From Chloroflexota bacterium (lineage in GTDB: Bacteria; Chloroflexota; Limnocylindria; Limnocylindrales; CSP1-4): 64,000 nt of DNA. The stretch is from NCBI GenBank assembly GCA_021783595.1, contig JAJXTS010000001.1, forward strand, positions 34-64,033, read 5' to 3'. Positions 50,058-59,087 of this stretch are shown here, one piece after another (the stretch's first letter is position 1; each line of letters starts with the position of its first letter). The translations under genes and the position numbers were made by a program. The notes beneath the pieces were generated by a model. That model was not told the origin of the DNA. It was given only the letters and a program-made list of their open reading frames with translations, and made no database searches.

Positions 50058-50257
50058 CGGATACGGGTGAGGGCGATGTTCGCGACGCTCAGAGCGCGCG
50101 AGCCGGGGGTCGGCCCGCCGGAGGTCACCCCGTTCTGTTCGCACACGGGTGAGGCCGGTATTCGAAGCGGTTCCCGGGGCCGCCGGGCAGCCCGGAGCGC
50201 CCGGGCCGCGGCCTCGTCCGGCGCCGCAGTCGCTTGCACCGCCCTCACCCGTATCCG
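50058..50257. repeat. 18-bp perfect inverted repeat CGGATACGGGTGAGGGCG / CGCCCTCACCCGTATCCG enclosing about 165 nt, with an internal direct partial copy ACGGGTGAGG at 50145-50154
   Basis: Arms at 50058-50075 and 50240-50257. The internal copy could alternatively pair with the 3' arm. Confidence 0.6.
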
Positions 50258-50449
50258 GTGCGAGGCGGATAGCCGGATCCGCCGGCGGGACGGACTGCTG
50301 CGCCGAAGCGGAGGCGTGTCGGGCGCCGGGCCGAGGCAGCAGCGATCCGCCAAGGTCGCGAACTGCTGCGCGTCTGGCTCTGGCTGGAGCAGTGGCCCCT
50401 GCCGAGCGCCCCAGCATGAGCTGAGCGCGGCGGGAGGTGCAGCCCTCGC

Positions 50450-50490
50450 AAGAGGCGGAGGGTCGGATCCCAAAGGTCGCGACCTGTGCC
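50450..50490. repeat. 41-nt repeat copy A2 (AAGAGGCGGAGGGTCGGATCCCAAAGGTCGCGACCTGTGCC)
   Basis: Direct repeat of A1. Lies 55 nt upstream of the 50545 start. Confidence 0.6.
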
Positions 50491-50544
50491 CCTCGCGCTG
50501 GGCCCGCCCGTGCGCCACCATCGGCAGAGCGCGAGGAGGTGGCG

Positions 50545-51084
50545 ATGTCGCGGTACGTGCGGTGGGCTCGGACCGAGCGGGGGGAGCGGACTCGCGTGAC
50601 CGTCACGGCGCTGCTTAGCCCCGTGTTCCTGGTCCTGCTGCCGCTGGCCGTGGCGCTCGGTGGGCGCCGCATCGACCGGTGCCTGGGCCGTCCGCCTCTG
50701 CCCGTCGGCGCGGCCGGCCGCGTCATCGGCGGCGCGGCTTCGACGTTCGGGTTCGGGCTGGGCCTGTGGTCGGTGCGCACACAGCTGGGCCGGGGCCGGG
50801 GAACGCCGCTCCCCCTGATGCCCACGCAGGCGCTCCTGATCAGCGGGCCGTTCGTGCATTGCCGCAACCCGATGACCCTCGGGACGATCCTCGCCTACGG
50901 CGGCCTGGCGGTCGCGGCCCGGACGGCGACGGGGCTGGCGGTCGTCATGGCCCTCGCCGTGTCGCTCCTGGCATACCTCAAGCTGCTCGAAGAGCCGGAG
51001 CTCGCGGAGCGGTTCGGCGAGGCGTACCTCGTATACAGGCGCCGGACGCCGTTCCTCGTGCCGCGGCTCACCGGGCGGCGCTGA
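50545..51084 (+). CDS. ICMT/PEMT-family membrane methyltransferase
   Basis: GPFVHCRNPMTLG...EEPELAERFGEAYLVYRRRTPFLVP is the isoprenylcysteine carboxyl methyltransferase family C-terminal motif. GAGGAGG RBS. Confidence 0.7.
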   Translation: MSRYVRWARTERGERTRVTVTALLSPVFLVLLPLAVALGGRRIDRCLGRPPLPVGAAGRVIGGAASTFGFGLGLWSVRTQLGRGRGTPLPLMPTQALLISGPFVHCRNPMTLGTILAYGGLAVAARTATGLAVVMALAVSLLAYLKLLEEPELAERFGEAYLVYRRRTPFLVPRLTGRR

Positions 51085-51199
51085 TGGGCCGGAGCCCACC
51101 GGCCAGCACGGGCAGGCGGAGCGGGTCAACGGCGGAGCACGCGCCTCGCCGGGCTGGCCCTCCCCGGACCCGGCACCCCGGCTGGCCGGCGAGTGGCCG

Positions 51200-51742
51200 C
51201 TACTTGCGGTCCCGGATCTGCGCCAGCCGGTCCGCGAACTGGGCGCCGTCCGTGCCCAGCAGCTCGTTCGCCACCTTGACGCCGTAGCGGAACGCGACCG
51301 GTCGGCCCACCGCCATCAGCAGCTTGGCCACGGTGCCCGCGAGGTCCCGCGACCGGCGCTCGGGCGCCTTCTCCTCGAGATACCGGGCGAAGTCCCGCTC
51401 GATCGCGCCGCGCACCTTGTCGCCGTCCCCGCCCAGCGCGCGCAGGGCGCCGTCGATCTCCTTGGGGAGCATGGACTCGGGCAGCGGCGCAGGCTTGCCG
51501 AGGATGGCGTTGCGGGCACCGCGGAACGCCCGCTTCGGGCCGCCCAGCACGACGAAGCCGACGCCCGCCGCGGCGCCGGCGGCCTTGGCCGGGTTGCGCC
51601 TGACCTTGGCCTTGACGTCCACCGCCGCGCGCGCCGAGGCCTCGAGGCGGACGAGCTCCTCGCCGAGGCGCTCGCGGGACGCCAGCACCTCGGCTCGCGC
51701 CGCTAGGACCTCGGGCCGAGCGGATTGCGTGCCTTCGCCCAC
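51200..51742 (-). CDS. DUF3618-like protein
   Basis: RPEVLAARAEVLASRERLGEELVRLEASARAAVDVKAKVRRNP pattern, then a Gly/Ala hydrophobic segment. Start at GTG 51742 (AGGGAG RBS) or GTG 51691. Confidence 0.5.
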   Translation of the reverse strand: MGEGTQSARPEVLAARAEVLASRERLGEELVRLEASARAAVDVKAKVRRNPAKAAGAAAGVGFVVLGGPKRAFRGARNAILGKPAPLPESMLPKEIDGALRALGGDGDKVRGAIERDFARYLEEKAPERRSRDLAGTVAKLLMAVGRPVAFRYGVKVANELLGTDGAQFADRLAQIRDRK

Positions 51743-52380
51743 TCGATCGTCTCCCTGGTGGTGTCGATGGTCTGCTGCGGCCAGAACCGGAGCTTGATGG
51801 CCTCGGCGTCGATGCCGCCGGCGGCGACGCGCCCGCCCAGGACGCCCGCGTACACGGCGATCGCGACGGCGAGTCCGAGCGCTGCGCCGACCCGCCAGCC
51901 GAAGTCGTCGGCCAGGAACGCGCCGAGCAGGCCGCCGCCGACGAGCCCGCCCGCGAGGCCCACGACCGCGCCCCCGGCGCCCAGCGCCCTCGCTCCGGCG
52001 ATCAGCCCGGCCAGCGCCCCCAGCGCACCGACCACGACGATCGCGACCACGAGGGGCCGATAGGCGGCGTCCAGGCCGATGCCGGCCGAGTCGCCGATCC
52101 AGGCGAACAGGCGGTTGAACCAGCTGGCCCCGAACACGACGAACGCGATCGCTCCTGCGAGCGCGCCGATGCCGGCGGCCGGGCCGGGGCCCCGGAGCCT
52201 GAGCGCCAGCACCACGGCTGTCGCCGCGACGGCCAGCAGCAGCTCGGTCCCGAGCAGGAGGCCCCAGCCGATGCTGCCGAACAGCCACTCGCCCGTGAAC
52301 AGGATGACGGCGGCCGGCAGGAAGACCCCGAGCAGCAGGAGCGCCGCGACGGCGACGCCGGCGAGGATCGCAGCGTGCAC
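51703..52380 (-). CDS. integral membrane protein (possibly holin-X-like), canonical GTG start. Likely longer, see finding on possible CTG start at 52593
   Basis: Four strongly hydrophobic segments. In-frame upstream sequence remains coding-like (GC3 about 95%). Confidence 0.5.
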   Translation of the reverse strand: MHAAILAGVAVAALLLLGVFLPAAVILFTGEWLFGSIGWGLLLGTELLLAVAATAVVLALRLRGPGPAAGIGALAGAIAFVVFGASWFNRLFAWIGDSAGIGLDAAYRPLVVAIVVVGALGALAGLIAGARALGAGGAVVGLAGGLVGGGLLGAFLADDFGWRVGAALGLAVAIAVYAGVLGGRVAAGGIDAEAIKLRFWPQQTIDTTRETIEWAKARNPLGPRS

Positions 52381-52728
52381 GGCCTCGCCCTTGATGCCCT
52401 CTGCCTCGGCCCTGCCCAGCGCGATGTGCGCGCGCAGGAGGCCAATGGCCGCGTCCTTGGCGGCCTTGACCTGCGCGATCAGGCCGGGCGCCTTCGCGGG
52501 GTCGCCACGGGCGTCGCCGTGGCCGCCACCGGACTCGCCGGCGGCATCGGGCGCGGGGCGCTCGCCCTCGGGAGTGGGCCGTTCGGGATCCAGCGGTCGT
52601 CCTCCGCGATCGTGGCACGGGCCTCGCTCGAGGCCGTCGCCATTCTACGCGCGGTCGGCCGCCCTGGGCAGCCGCCGGTTCCCGGGCGAGCCGGTGCCGC
52701 GCGGGCGCCCCGGAGTACGCTGGCGCCC

Positions 52729-53952
52729 ATGGACGAGCCTGCCCCCGCGCCCGCCGTGCCCGCACCCGGGCGCGCGATCTCAGTCGCCGAGCTCCTCGCC
52801 ATCGGCACCGAGCTCACCGTCGGCGAGACGACAGACACCAACAGCGGCGAGCTGGCCCGCTCCCTCGTCGGGCGGGGCATCGGGGTCGCCCGCGTCACCG
52901 CCCTCCCCGACCACCAGCCGACGGTCGTCGGGGCGCTGCGGGACGCGCTTGCCCGAGCCGATCTCGTCGTGTGCACAGGCGGGCTCGGGCCCACGCCGGA
53001 CGACCTCACCCGCGAGGCGGCGGCCGAGGTCTGCGGCGAGGTTCCGGCCGTGGACCCGGCGACGCTCGCCTGGCTCGAGGCCATGTGGGCGCGCCGCAAC
53101 CAGCCCTTCCCGGCGACCAACATCAAGCAAGCCTGGACCATCCCGTCCGCCGGCGCGCTGCCGAACCGCCACGGCACGGCGCCCGGCTGGTGGGTAGACC
53201 GCCCCGACGGGCGCGTCATCGTCCTGCTGCCCGGCCCGCCGCGCGAGATGGGCCCGATGTGGCGCGACTTCGTGCTGCCCCGGCTCGCAGAACGCGGGGC
53301 AGGTGGCGAGTCGGAGGTGCGCACGCTCCGGCTGACGGGGATCGGCGAATCGCAGGTCGCCGAGCGGCTGGGCGAGGCGCTGCTCCGGCGGACCAACCCG
53401 ATCGTGGCCACGTACGCCCGGCGCGAGGCCGTGGACATCCGCATCTCCGCGCGGCCAGAGGCGGGACGGTCCGCCGCTGCGGTCGCCGATGCGGCGGAGG
53501 CCACGGTGCTGTCCATCCTGGGGGAGCACGTCTGGGCGCGAGGCGACACGTCCTGGGCCGACGCGCTGGGCGGGGCGCTGGCGGCCCGGGGCTGGTCGCT
53601 GGCCACCTCCGAGCGAGGCTCCGGCGGGGCGCTCGTGGCCCTGCTCCGCGGCCTGGCGGCCCTCCGGCGCGCGGAGGTCGTGGCGGCCGATGCCGAGCCG
53701 CCGCGGACGGACGGCTACGCAGGCGAGTCGGAGCTCCGCGAGGCCGAGCGCATCCGCGCGTCGTCCGGGGCAGATGTCGGGCTGGCCATCCGGACCGAGC
53801 CGGACGGGCGCGACACGGCCGTCCACGTCGGCGTGGTGGCGCCCACCGGGCGGCACGCCGAGCGGCGGGTGGCGTTCCAGGGCGGCGCCCAGGGCGCGGA
53901 TCGTGCCGCGATCGCCGGCGCGGCGGTGCTGCAGGCGTTCCTCCGCCGCTGA
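52729..53952 (+). CDS. cinA: competence/damage-inducible protein CinA (MoCF-like domain + nicotinamide-nucleotide amidohydrolase domain)
   Basis: ISVAELLAIGTELTVGETTDTNSGELA...VVCTGGLGPTPDDLT and C-terminal CinA domain. Confidence 0.85.
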   Translation: MDEPAPAPAVPAPGRAISVAELLAIGTELTVGETTDTNSGELARSLVGRGIGVARVTALPDHQPTVVGALRDALARADLVVCTGGLGPTPDDLTREAAAEVCGEVPAVDPATLAWLEAMWARRNQPFPATNIKQAWTIPSAGALPNRHGTAPGWWVDRPDGRVIVLLPGPPREMGPMWRDFVLPRLAERGAGGESEVRTLRLTGIGESQVAERLGEALLRRTNPIVATYARREAVDIRISARPEAGRSAAAVADAAEATVLSILGEHVWARGDTSWADALGGALAARGWSLATSERGSGGALVALLRGLAALRRAEVVAADAEPPRTDGYAGESELREAERIRASSGADVGLAIRTEPDGRDTAVHVGVVAPTGRHAERRVAFQGGAQGADRAAIAGAAVLQAFLRR

Positions 53953-54006
53953 GCAGCCCCGGTCGGCTCGCGGCCGCGCTCGACGGGCATCCAGCCCGCG
54001 GCAGCC

Positions 54007-55083
54007 CTACTTGATCGTCAGGGTCGGGATCGAGGCGTTCGCGGCGCGCACGCTCATGGCCGCTGCCACGAGGCCCGCCATGTGCTCGAGCGCCCGCGCC
54101 GCCGGTCCCGGCTCGCGCTGCGCCACCGCGGGCACGCCGGCGTCCCCGCCCTGGCGCACCGTCACGTCGAGCGGGACCTTGCCCAGGAACGCGATGTTGT
54201 GGTCCTGCGCGAACCGCTCCCCGCCGCCGTGGCCGAAGATCTCCGTCGCCTCGCCGCAGTGCGGGCACACGAACGCGCTCATGTTCTCGACCACGCCGAT
54301 GATCGGCACATTGAGCCGCTCGAGCATCGAGAGCGCCTTGGCGACGTCCGCGAGGGCCACGTCCTGGGGCGTGGTCACCAGCACCGTCCCGCTGATCGGC
54401 ACGGACTGCGCCAGGGTGAGCTGGGCGTCCGACGTGCCGGGCGGCAGGTCCACGACGAGATAGTCGAGCTCGCCCCACTCCACGTCTCGGAGGAACTGGC
54501 TGATCGCGCCGCCGATAAGCGGACCGCGCCACACGATCGGCTGCCCCTCGGGCACGAAGAACTGCACCGAGATCGCCTTCACGCCGTACCGCTCGAGCGG
54601 GATGATCTTGTTGTTGGCGCTGGCCCCGGGCTGCCCCTCGATGCCCAGCATCATCGGGATGTTGGGGCCCGTGATGTCCGCGTCGAGCAGGCCGACCGTC
54701 GCGCCCGCCTTCGCCAGCGCCACGGCCAGGTTCACCGACACGGTGCTCTTGCCCACGCCGCCCTTGCCCGACGCCACCGCGACGATGTTCTTGACCCCGG
54801 GCACCAGGGCCTCGGCGGTGCGCGGCGCCGCCCGCCGCACGGAGGCGCCCCACTCGATCGCCACGCCGCTCACGCCGAGCGGCGCCAGCGCCTGCCGGAC
54901 CTCGCCCTCGATCTGGTCCTTGAGCGGACAGGCGGGCGTGGTCAGCTCGATGGTGAAGGCAACCTGGGAGCCGCTGATCGACAGATCGCGGACCATGTTG
55001 CGGGCCACGAGGTTGCCGCCCAGTTCGGGCTCCTGGACGGTGCGGAGGGCCTCGAGGACGGCGGCCTCGGAGAGCGCGGGCAT
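54007..55083 (-). CDS. apbC: Mrp/ApbC-family Fe-S cluster carrier ATPase
   Basis: N-terminal DUF59-like region, deviant Walker A ASGKGGVGKSTVSVNLA, CPHCGE Cys pair. ATG 55083 with GAGGAAG RBS. Confidence 0.9.
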   Translation of the reverse strand: MPALSEAAVLEALRTVQEPELGGNLVARNMVRDLSISGSQVAFTIELTTPACPLKDQIEGEVRQALAPLGVSGVAIEWGASVRRAAPRTAEALVPGVKNIVAVASGKGGVGKSTVSVNLAVALAKAGATVGLLDADITGPNIPMMLGIEGQPGASANNKIIPLERYGVKAISVQFFVPEGQPIVWRGPLIGGAISQFLRDVEWGELDYLVVDLPPGTSDAQLTLAQSVPISGTVLVTTPQDVALADVAKALSMLERLNVPIIGVVENMSAFVCPHCGEATEIFGHGGGERFAQDHNIAFLGKVPLDVTVRQGGDAGVPAVAQREPGPAARALEHMAGLVAAAMSVRAANASIPTLTIK

Positions 55084-55289
55084 GGGCTTCCTCGCTGTGC
55101 GGGACGTGGGCGCCGGCGGGAAGGACGCCGAGACGCCGGGGCCACGATCGTACCGCCGGACGCATGACCACGTCGCAGGGGCCCCCCACCCGAGGGCCGA
55201 CGGGACGCCGGGAGGCCGCCGCGGGACCGCCAGCGCCGGCCGGCTCGGACCGACGAAACTACGAATCACGACGAGCGCACCGCTGGTGA

Positions 55290-55309
55290 GTCACGAATAT
55301 CGTCGTGAC
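55290..55309. promoter_or_regulatory. palindromic candidate operator GTCACGA-ATATCG-TCGTGAC (plus half-site-like copy ACGAATCACGACGA at 55261-55274)
   Basis: Perfect 7-bp inverted arms. Lies about 45 nt upstream of the -35 of the pot promoter in an unusually AT-richer stretch. Confidence 0.35.
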
Positions 55310-55354
55310 ATCTGTCCCACAGAGCGCATCTCGCAGCCCTGAAGACCGGGCCAT

Positions 55355-55384
55355 TTGACACGGCCTTCCGCGGAACCCTATTGT
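55355..55384 (+). promoter_or_regulatory. sigma70-type promoter for the pot operon: TTGACA-N18-TATTGT
   Basis: Consensus -35 hexamer at 55355-55360 and TATTGT at 55379-55384. Implies a 5' UTR of about 110 nt before the GTG at 55502. Confidence 0.45.
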
Positions 55385-55501
55385 TCGGCCGCGTTCCCCT
55401 ACTGTACTTCGGCAGCCTTTGCGGACGGCGGCGCCGCCCCGCGAGCTGGGCCCCGGGTTCGTCCTTCCAACCGCGGCAGGTAGATCAGGAGCACCCCGAA
55501 C

Positions 55502-56638
55502 GTGGCAGAGATCGAGGTCCGTCTCGTCGACGTGACCAAGCGGTTCGGCGACTTCGTTGCCGTCGACGCGATCAACCTCGAGGTCCGCAACGGAGAGTTC
55601 TTCTCCCTGCTGGGGCCGTCCGGCTGCGGCAAGACGACGACGCTCCGGATGATCGGCGGGTTCGAGGAACCGACCCACGGCCTCATCGAGCTGAGCGGCC
55701 AGGACGTGACCTGGCTGCCGCCCTACCGGCGCAACGTCAACACGGTCTTCCAGAACTACGCCCTGTTCCCCCACCTGACCCTCGGCGAGAACATCGCGTT
55801 CGGGCTCCGGCGGCGGAACGTCAAGGCTGACGAGATCAAGAAGCGCGTCGCCGATGCGCTGGAGCTCGTCCAGCTGACCGGCTACGAGGACCGCAAGCCC
55901 GGCCAGATCTCCGGCGGCCAGGCGCAGCGCGTCGCCCTCGCGCGGGCGCTGATCAACCGCCCGGCCGTGCTCCTCCTCGACGAGCCCCTCGGGGCCCTGG
56001 ACCTCAAGCTTCGCAAGCAGATGCAGGTGGAGCTCAAGCGCATCCAGCAGGAGGTCGGGATCACGTTCATCTACGTGACCCACGACCAGGAGGAGGCGAT
56101 GACGATGTCCGATCGCATCGCCGTTATGAACAAGGGCCACTACGAGCAGCTGGCCGGGCCGGCGGAGCTCTACGAGCGGCCGAAGACCCGGTTCGTGGCC
56201 GGGTTCCTGGGGGTCAGCAACCTCCTCCCCGTCAAGGCCGACGGAAACGCGGACGCCCACGCCGTCCTGCGCCTCCCCGACGGCACCGCGGCCCGGGCGC
56301 CCCGGGCGCTGATGAACGGCCACACCGGGCCCGTCGCGCTCGGCGTCCGGCCGGAGAAGATCCGCCTCAAGGCCCCCGCCGACGAGGTGGGCGGACAGTA
56401 CAACCGCCTCGAGGGCGTCGTCCGCGACGCCTCCTACATCGGGGTCTCGACGCAGTACATCGTCGAGCTCCGCGATCAGCGCCGCATCACCGTGTTCGAG
56501 CAGAACGTCGAGCGGGCCACCAAGGCCGAGCTGTGGGCGCCGGGCGAGAAGGTCGTTATGACCTGGCTCCCGGAGCACAGCTTCGTGGTCCCCGACGAGG
56601 GCGTTGTCGAGCAGGTCGGCATCGCCGCCGTCGAGTAG
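55502..56638 (+). CDS. potA: spermidine/putrescine ABC transporter ATP-binding protein
   Basis: [45 protein letters not shown]-terminal TOBE-like domain. GTG start with AGGAGC RBS. Confidence 0.85.
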   Translation: MAEIEVRLVDVTKRFGDFVAVDAINLEVRNGEFFSLLGPSGCGKTTTLRMIGGFEEPTHGLIELSGQDVTWLPPYRRNVNTVFQNYALFPHLTLGENIAFGLRRRNVKADEIKKRVADALELVQLTGYEDRKPGQISGGQAQRVALARALINRPAVLLLDEPLGALDLKLRKQMQVELKRIQQEVGITFIYVTHDQEEAMTMSDRIAVMNKGHYEQLAGPAELYERPKTRFVAGFLGVSNLLPVKADGNADAHAVLRLPDGTAARAPRALMNGHTGPVALGVRPEKIRLKAPADEVGGQYNRLEGVVRDASYIGVSTQYIVELRDQRRITVFEQNVERATKAELWAPGEKVVMTWLPEHSFVVPDEGVVEQVGIAAVE

Positions 56639-56695
56639 CGCGCCTCCCGCCGCCAGCCCCGTCCCCCGCCGAGACCCGCAGAACCGAGGACACCG

Positions 56696-58009
56696 ATGTC
56701 GACTAGCGACAAGCTCACCGGCAGCCCGATCTCCCGCCGCCGCCTCCTCCAGGGAAGCGCGCTGATGGGCACCGCGGCCTTCCTCGCCGCCTGCGGGACG
56801 AAGGGCACGGTGTCCCCCGCGCCCACGGCGGCCGCGGCCGCCACCACGGCCGCGAGTGCCGCCCCGTCCGCCGCAGCCGCCAGCGGGGCGGCCGGGAGTG
56901 CCGCCCCCTCCGCCGCTCCGGCGTCCGCGGCCCCGACGGCCACGCCCAGCGAGCCGATGATCCCGAACGGCACGGTCGCCAATGTCGTGTGGGCGAACTG
57001 GCCGCTGTACATCGACGTCGACAAGAACGGCAACCACCCGACGATCCAGGCCTTCGAGAAGAAGTACGGCGTCAAGGTGACCTACAAAGAGGCCATCAAC
57101 GACAACAACGACTTCTTCGGCAAGATCCAGCCGAACCTGCAGGCGGGCCAGCCCACCGGCTGGGACATCATCACGATGACCGACTGGATGGCGGCCAAGC
57201 TGATCAGCTTCGGCTGGATCGAGCGGCTCAACCCCGCGGCCATGCCCAACTTCCAGGCCAACGTCAAGGACCAGTACAAGACCGTTGACTGGGATCCGGA
57301 CGTCGCCCACCACGCCCCGTGGCAGTCGGGCATGACCGGCATCGGCTACGACCCGAAGGTCACCGGCAGCGTGACCACCCTCAAGGCGTTCTTCACCGCC
57401 GACCCGCGCTGGACCGGCAAGGTGGACATGCTCACCGAGATGCGGGACACCATCGGGCTCACGATGCTGTCGCTCGGCCTGGACCCGTCCAAGCCCACCC
57501 GCGCCGCGTTCGACCAGTGCATCACGGCGCTGACCGCGGCCAAGAACGCCGGCATCATCCGCCGGTTCACCGGCAACGACTACTCGCAGGACCTGTCCGC
57601 CGGCGACGCCGTGCTCGTGATGGCCTGGTCGGGCGACATGGTCCAGCTCCTCGTCGACAAGCCGGGCCTGAAGTTCAGCCTGGGCGCCGACGGCACCTAC
57701 GGCGGCATGCTGTGGAGCGACAACATGATGGTCCCCAAGGGAGCCGCCCAGCCGTACACGGCCGAGCTCCTGATGGACTGGTACTACATCCCCGCGAACG
57801 CGGCCGCGGTCGAGGACTACGTCAACTACATCTGCCCGTGCAGGGGCGCCGACGTCGTCCTCAAGAAGCTCGACCCGTCGGTGGCGAGCAACCCCCTGAT
57901 CTTCCCTCCGGACAGCACGCTGGCCCGCCTGTCCATCTTCGGCTCCCTGACGCCCGATGACGAGTCGTACTTCAACACCGGGTTCGACAACCTGATCAAC
58001 GGCGCCTGA
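56696..58009 (+). CDS. potD: polyamine ABC transporter substrate-binding lipoprotein (PotD/PotF-like)
   Basis: Tat-like RRRLLQG followed by lipobox LAAC|GT, then an Ala-rich linker and a PBP2 fold. Confidence 0.75.
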   Translation: MSTSDKLTGSPISRRRLLQGSALMGTAAFLAACGTKGTVSPAPTAAAAATTAASAAPSAAAASGAAGSAAPSAAPASAAPTATPSEPMIPNGTVANVVWANWPLYIDVDKNGNHPTIQAFEKKYGVKVTYKEAINDNNDFFGKIQPNLQAGQPTGWDIITMTDWMAAKLISFGWIERLNPAAMPNFQANVKDQYKTVDWDPDVAHHAPWQSGMTGIGYDPKVTGSVTTLKAFFTADPRWTGKVDMLTEMRDTIGLTMLSLGLDPSKPTRAAFDQCITALTAAKNAGIIRRFTGNDYSQDLSAGDAVLVMAWSGDMVQLLVDKPGLKFSLGADGTYGGMLWSDNMMVPKGAAQPYTAELLMDWYYIPANAAAVEDYVNYICPCRGADVVLKKLDPSVASNPLIFPPDSTLARLSIFGSLTPDDESYFNTGFDNLINGA

Positions 58010-58064
58010 GCCGCCCGCCGCGCCGCCACCAGGGACCATCTGCCACCAGGGGACCAGTTCGCCG

Positions 58065-59084
58065 ATGGGAACCTTCCTCAAGCACCACCGCTGGATCACG
58101 CCGCTCGCGCTCCTCGCGCCCGGCCTCCTGTGGCTGCTGGTGTTCTACCTCTACCCGGCGCTCCAGATGTTCATGGCCAGCTTCTGGAGCGGCAGCCTGG
58201 CGACCGGCTTCACGTTCTCCCTGTCCAACTGGACCAACTACCCGGACGCCGTCTCGACCTACGCGCCCATCTACCTGCGCTCGGTGCTGTACGCGGGCGC
58301 GGCGACGGTCACCACGTTCCTGATCGCCTACCCGCTCGCGTACACCATCGCGTTCAAGGGCGGCCGCTTCAAGAACCTGCTGCTGTTCCTGGTGGTGGCC
58401 CCCTTCTTCACGAGCTTCCTCCTGCGGACCGTGAGCTGGAAGATCATCCTGAGCGACAGCGGGCCGGTGCTCGGGCCGCTCAAGGCCATCGGCATCCTGC
58501 CCCAGCAGTTCCACGTCCTCGCCTCGCCCATGGCCGTCATCGCCGGCATCACGTACGCCTTCCTCCCGTTCATGACGCTGCCCATCTACGTCGCGCTCGA
58601 GAAGGTGGACTTCCGGCTCGTCGAGGCGGCCAAGGACCTGTACGCGGGCCCGTGGCGGCCCGGCGGCGCCATCGTCGGGGCGATCGTCGGCGGCGTGCTG
58701 ATGGCCGTCCTGGGCTTCGTGTTCAACACCAGCCCGCTCGCGTTCGCGATCGTCGGGGCCGTGGTCGGGGCTGTCCTGTTCCACTTCCGCGTGTCCGAGT
58801 CATTCGTCCGCGTCACGTTCCCGCTGTCGATATCGGGTGTGTTCGCGGGCGGCCTGCTGACGTTCATCCCCGCGATCGGCGACTACGTGAACGCCGAGCT
58901 CCTCGGCGGCCCGAACACGAGCATGATCGGCAACGTCATCCAGGCCAAGTTCCTCACCGAGAACGACTACCCCAGCGCCTCGGCGCTCAGCTTCGTGATG
59001 ATGTTCGGGGTGCTCATCGTGGTCGCCATCTACGCGAAGATCCTCGGCACCGAGGAGCTCTCGGCCGCGGCGGCGAGGGCCTGA
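58065..59084 (+). CDS. potB: polyamine ABC transporter permease (PotB-like)
   Basis: Six TM helices. EAAKDLYAGPW is the EAA loop. Confidence 0.8.
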   Translation: MGTFLKHHRWITPLALLAPGLLWLLVFYLYPALQMFMASFWSGSLATGFTFSLSNWTNYPDAVSTYAPIYLRSVLYAGAATVTTFLIAYPLAYTIAFKGGRFKNLLLFLVVAPFFTSFLLRTVSWKIILSDSGPVLGPLKAIGILPQQFHVLASPMAVIAGITYAFLPFMTLPIYVALEKVDFRLVEAAKDLYAGPWRPGGAIVGAIVGGVLMAVLGFVFNTSPLAFAIVGAVVGAVLFHFRVSESFVRVTFPLSISGVFAGGLLTFIPAIGDYVNAELLGGPNTSMIGNVIQAKFLTENDYPSASALSFVMMFGVLIVVAIYAKILGTEELSAAAARA

Positions 59085-59087
59085 GGC

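Noticed and set aside
49874-50490. A1/A2 repeats as tRNA or pseudo-tRNA fragments (they contain GGTTCGGATCC, similar to a T-arm)
   Set aside because: Flanking bases cannot form a T-stem or acceptor stem on either strand.
49009-50544. Genomic island or prophage integrated at tRNA-Leu
   Set aside because: No integrase, no duplicated tRNA 3' end, only one small gene between the tRNA and the repeat region. The 39232..39468 excisionase-family HTH is far away and isolated.
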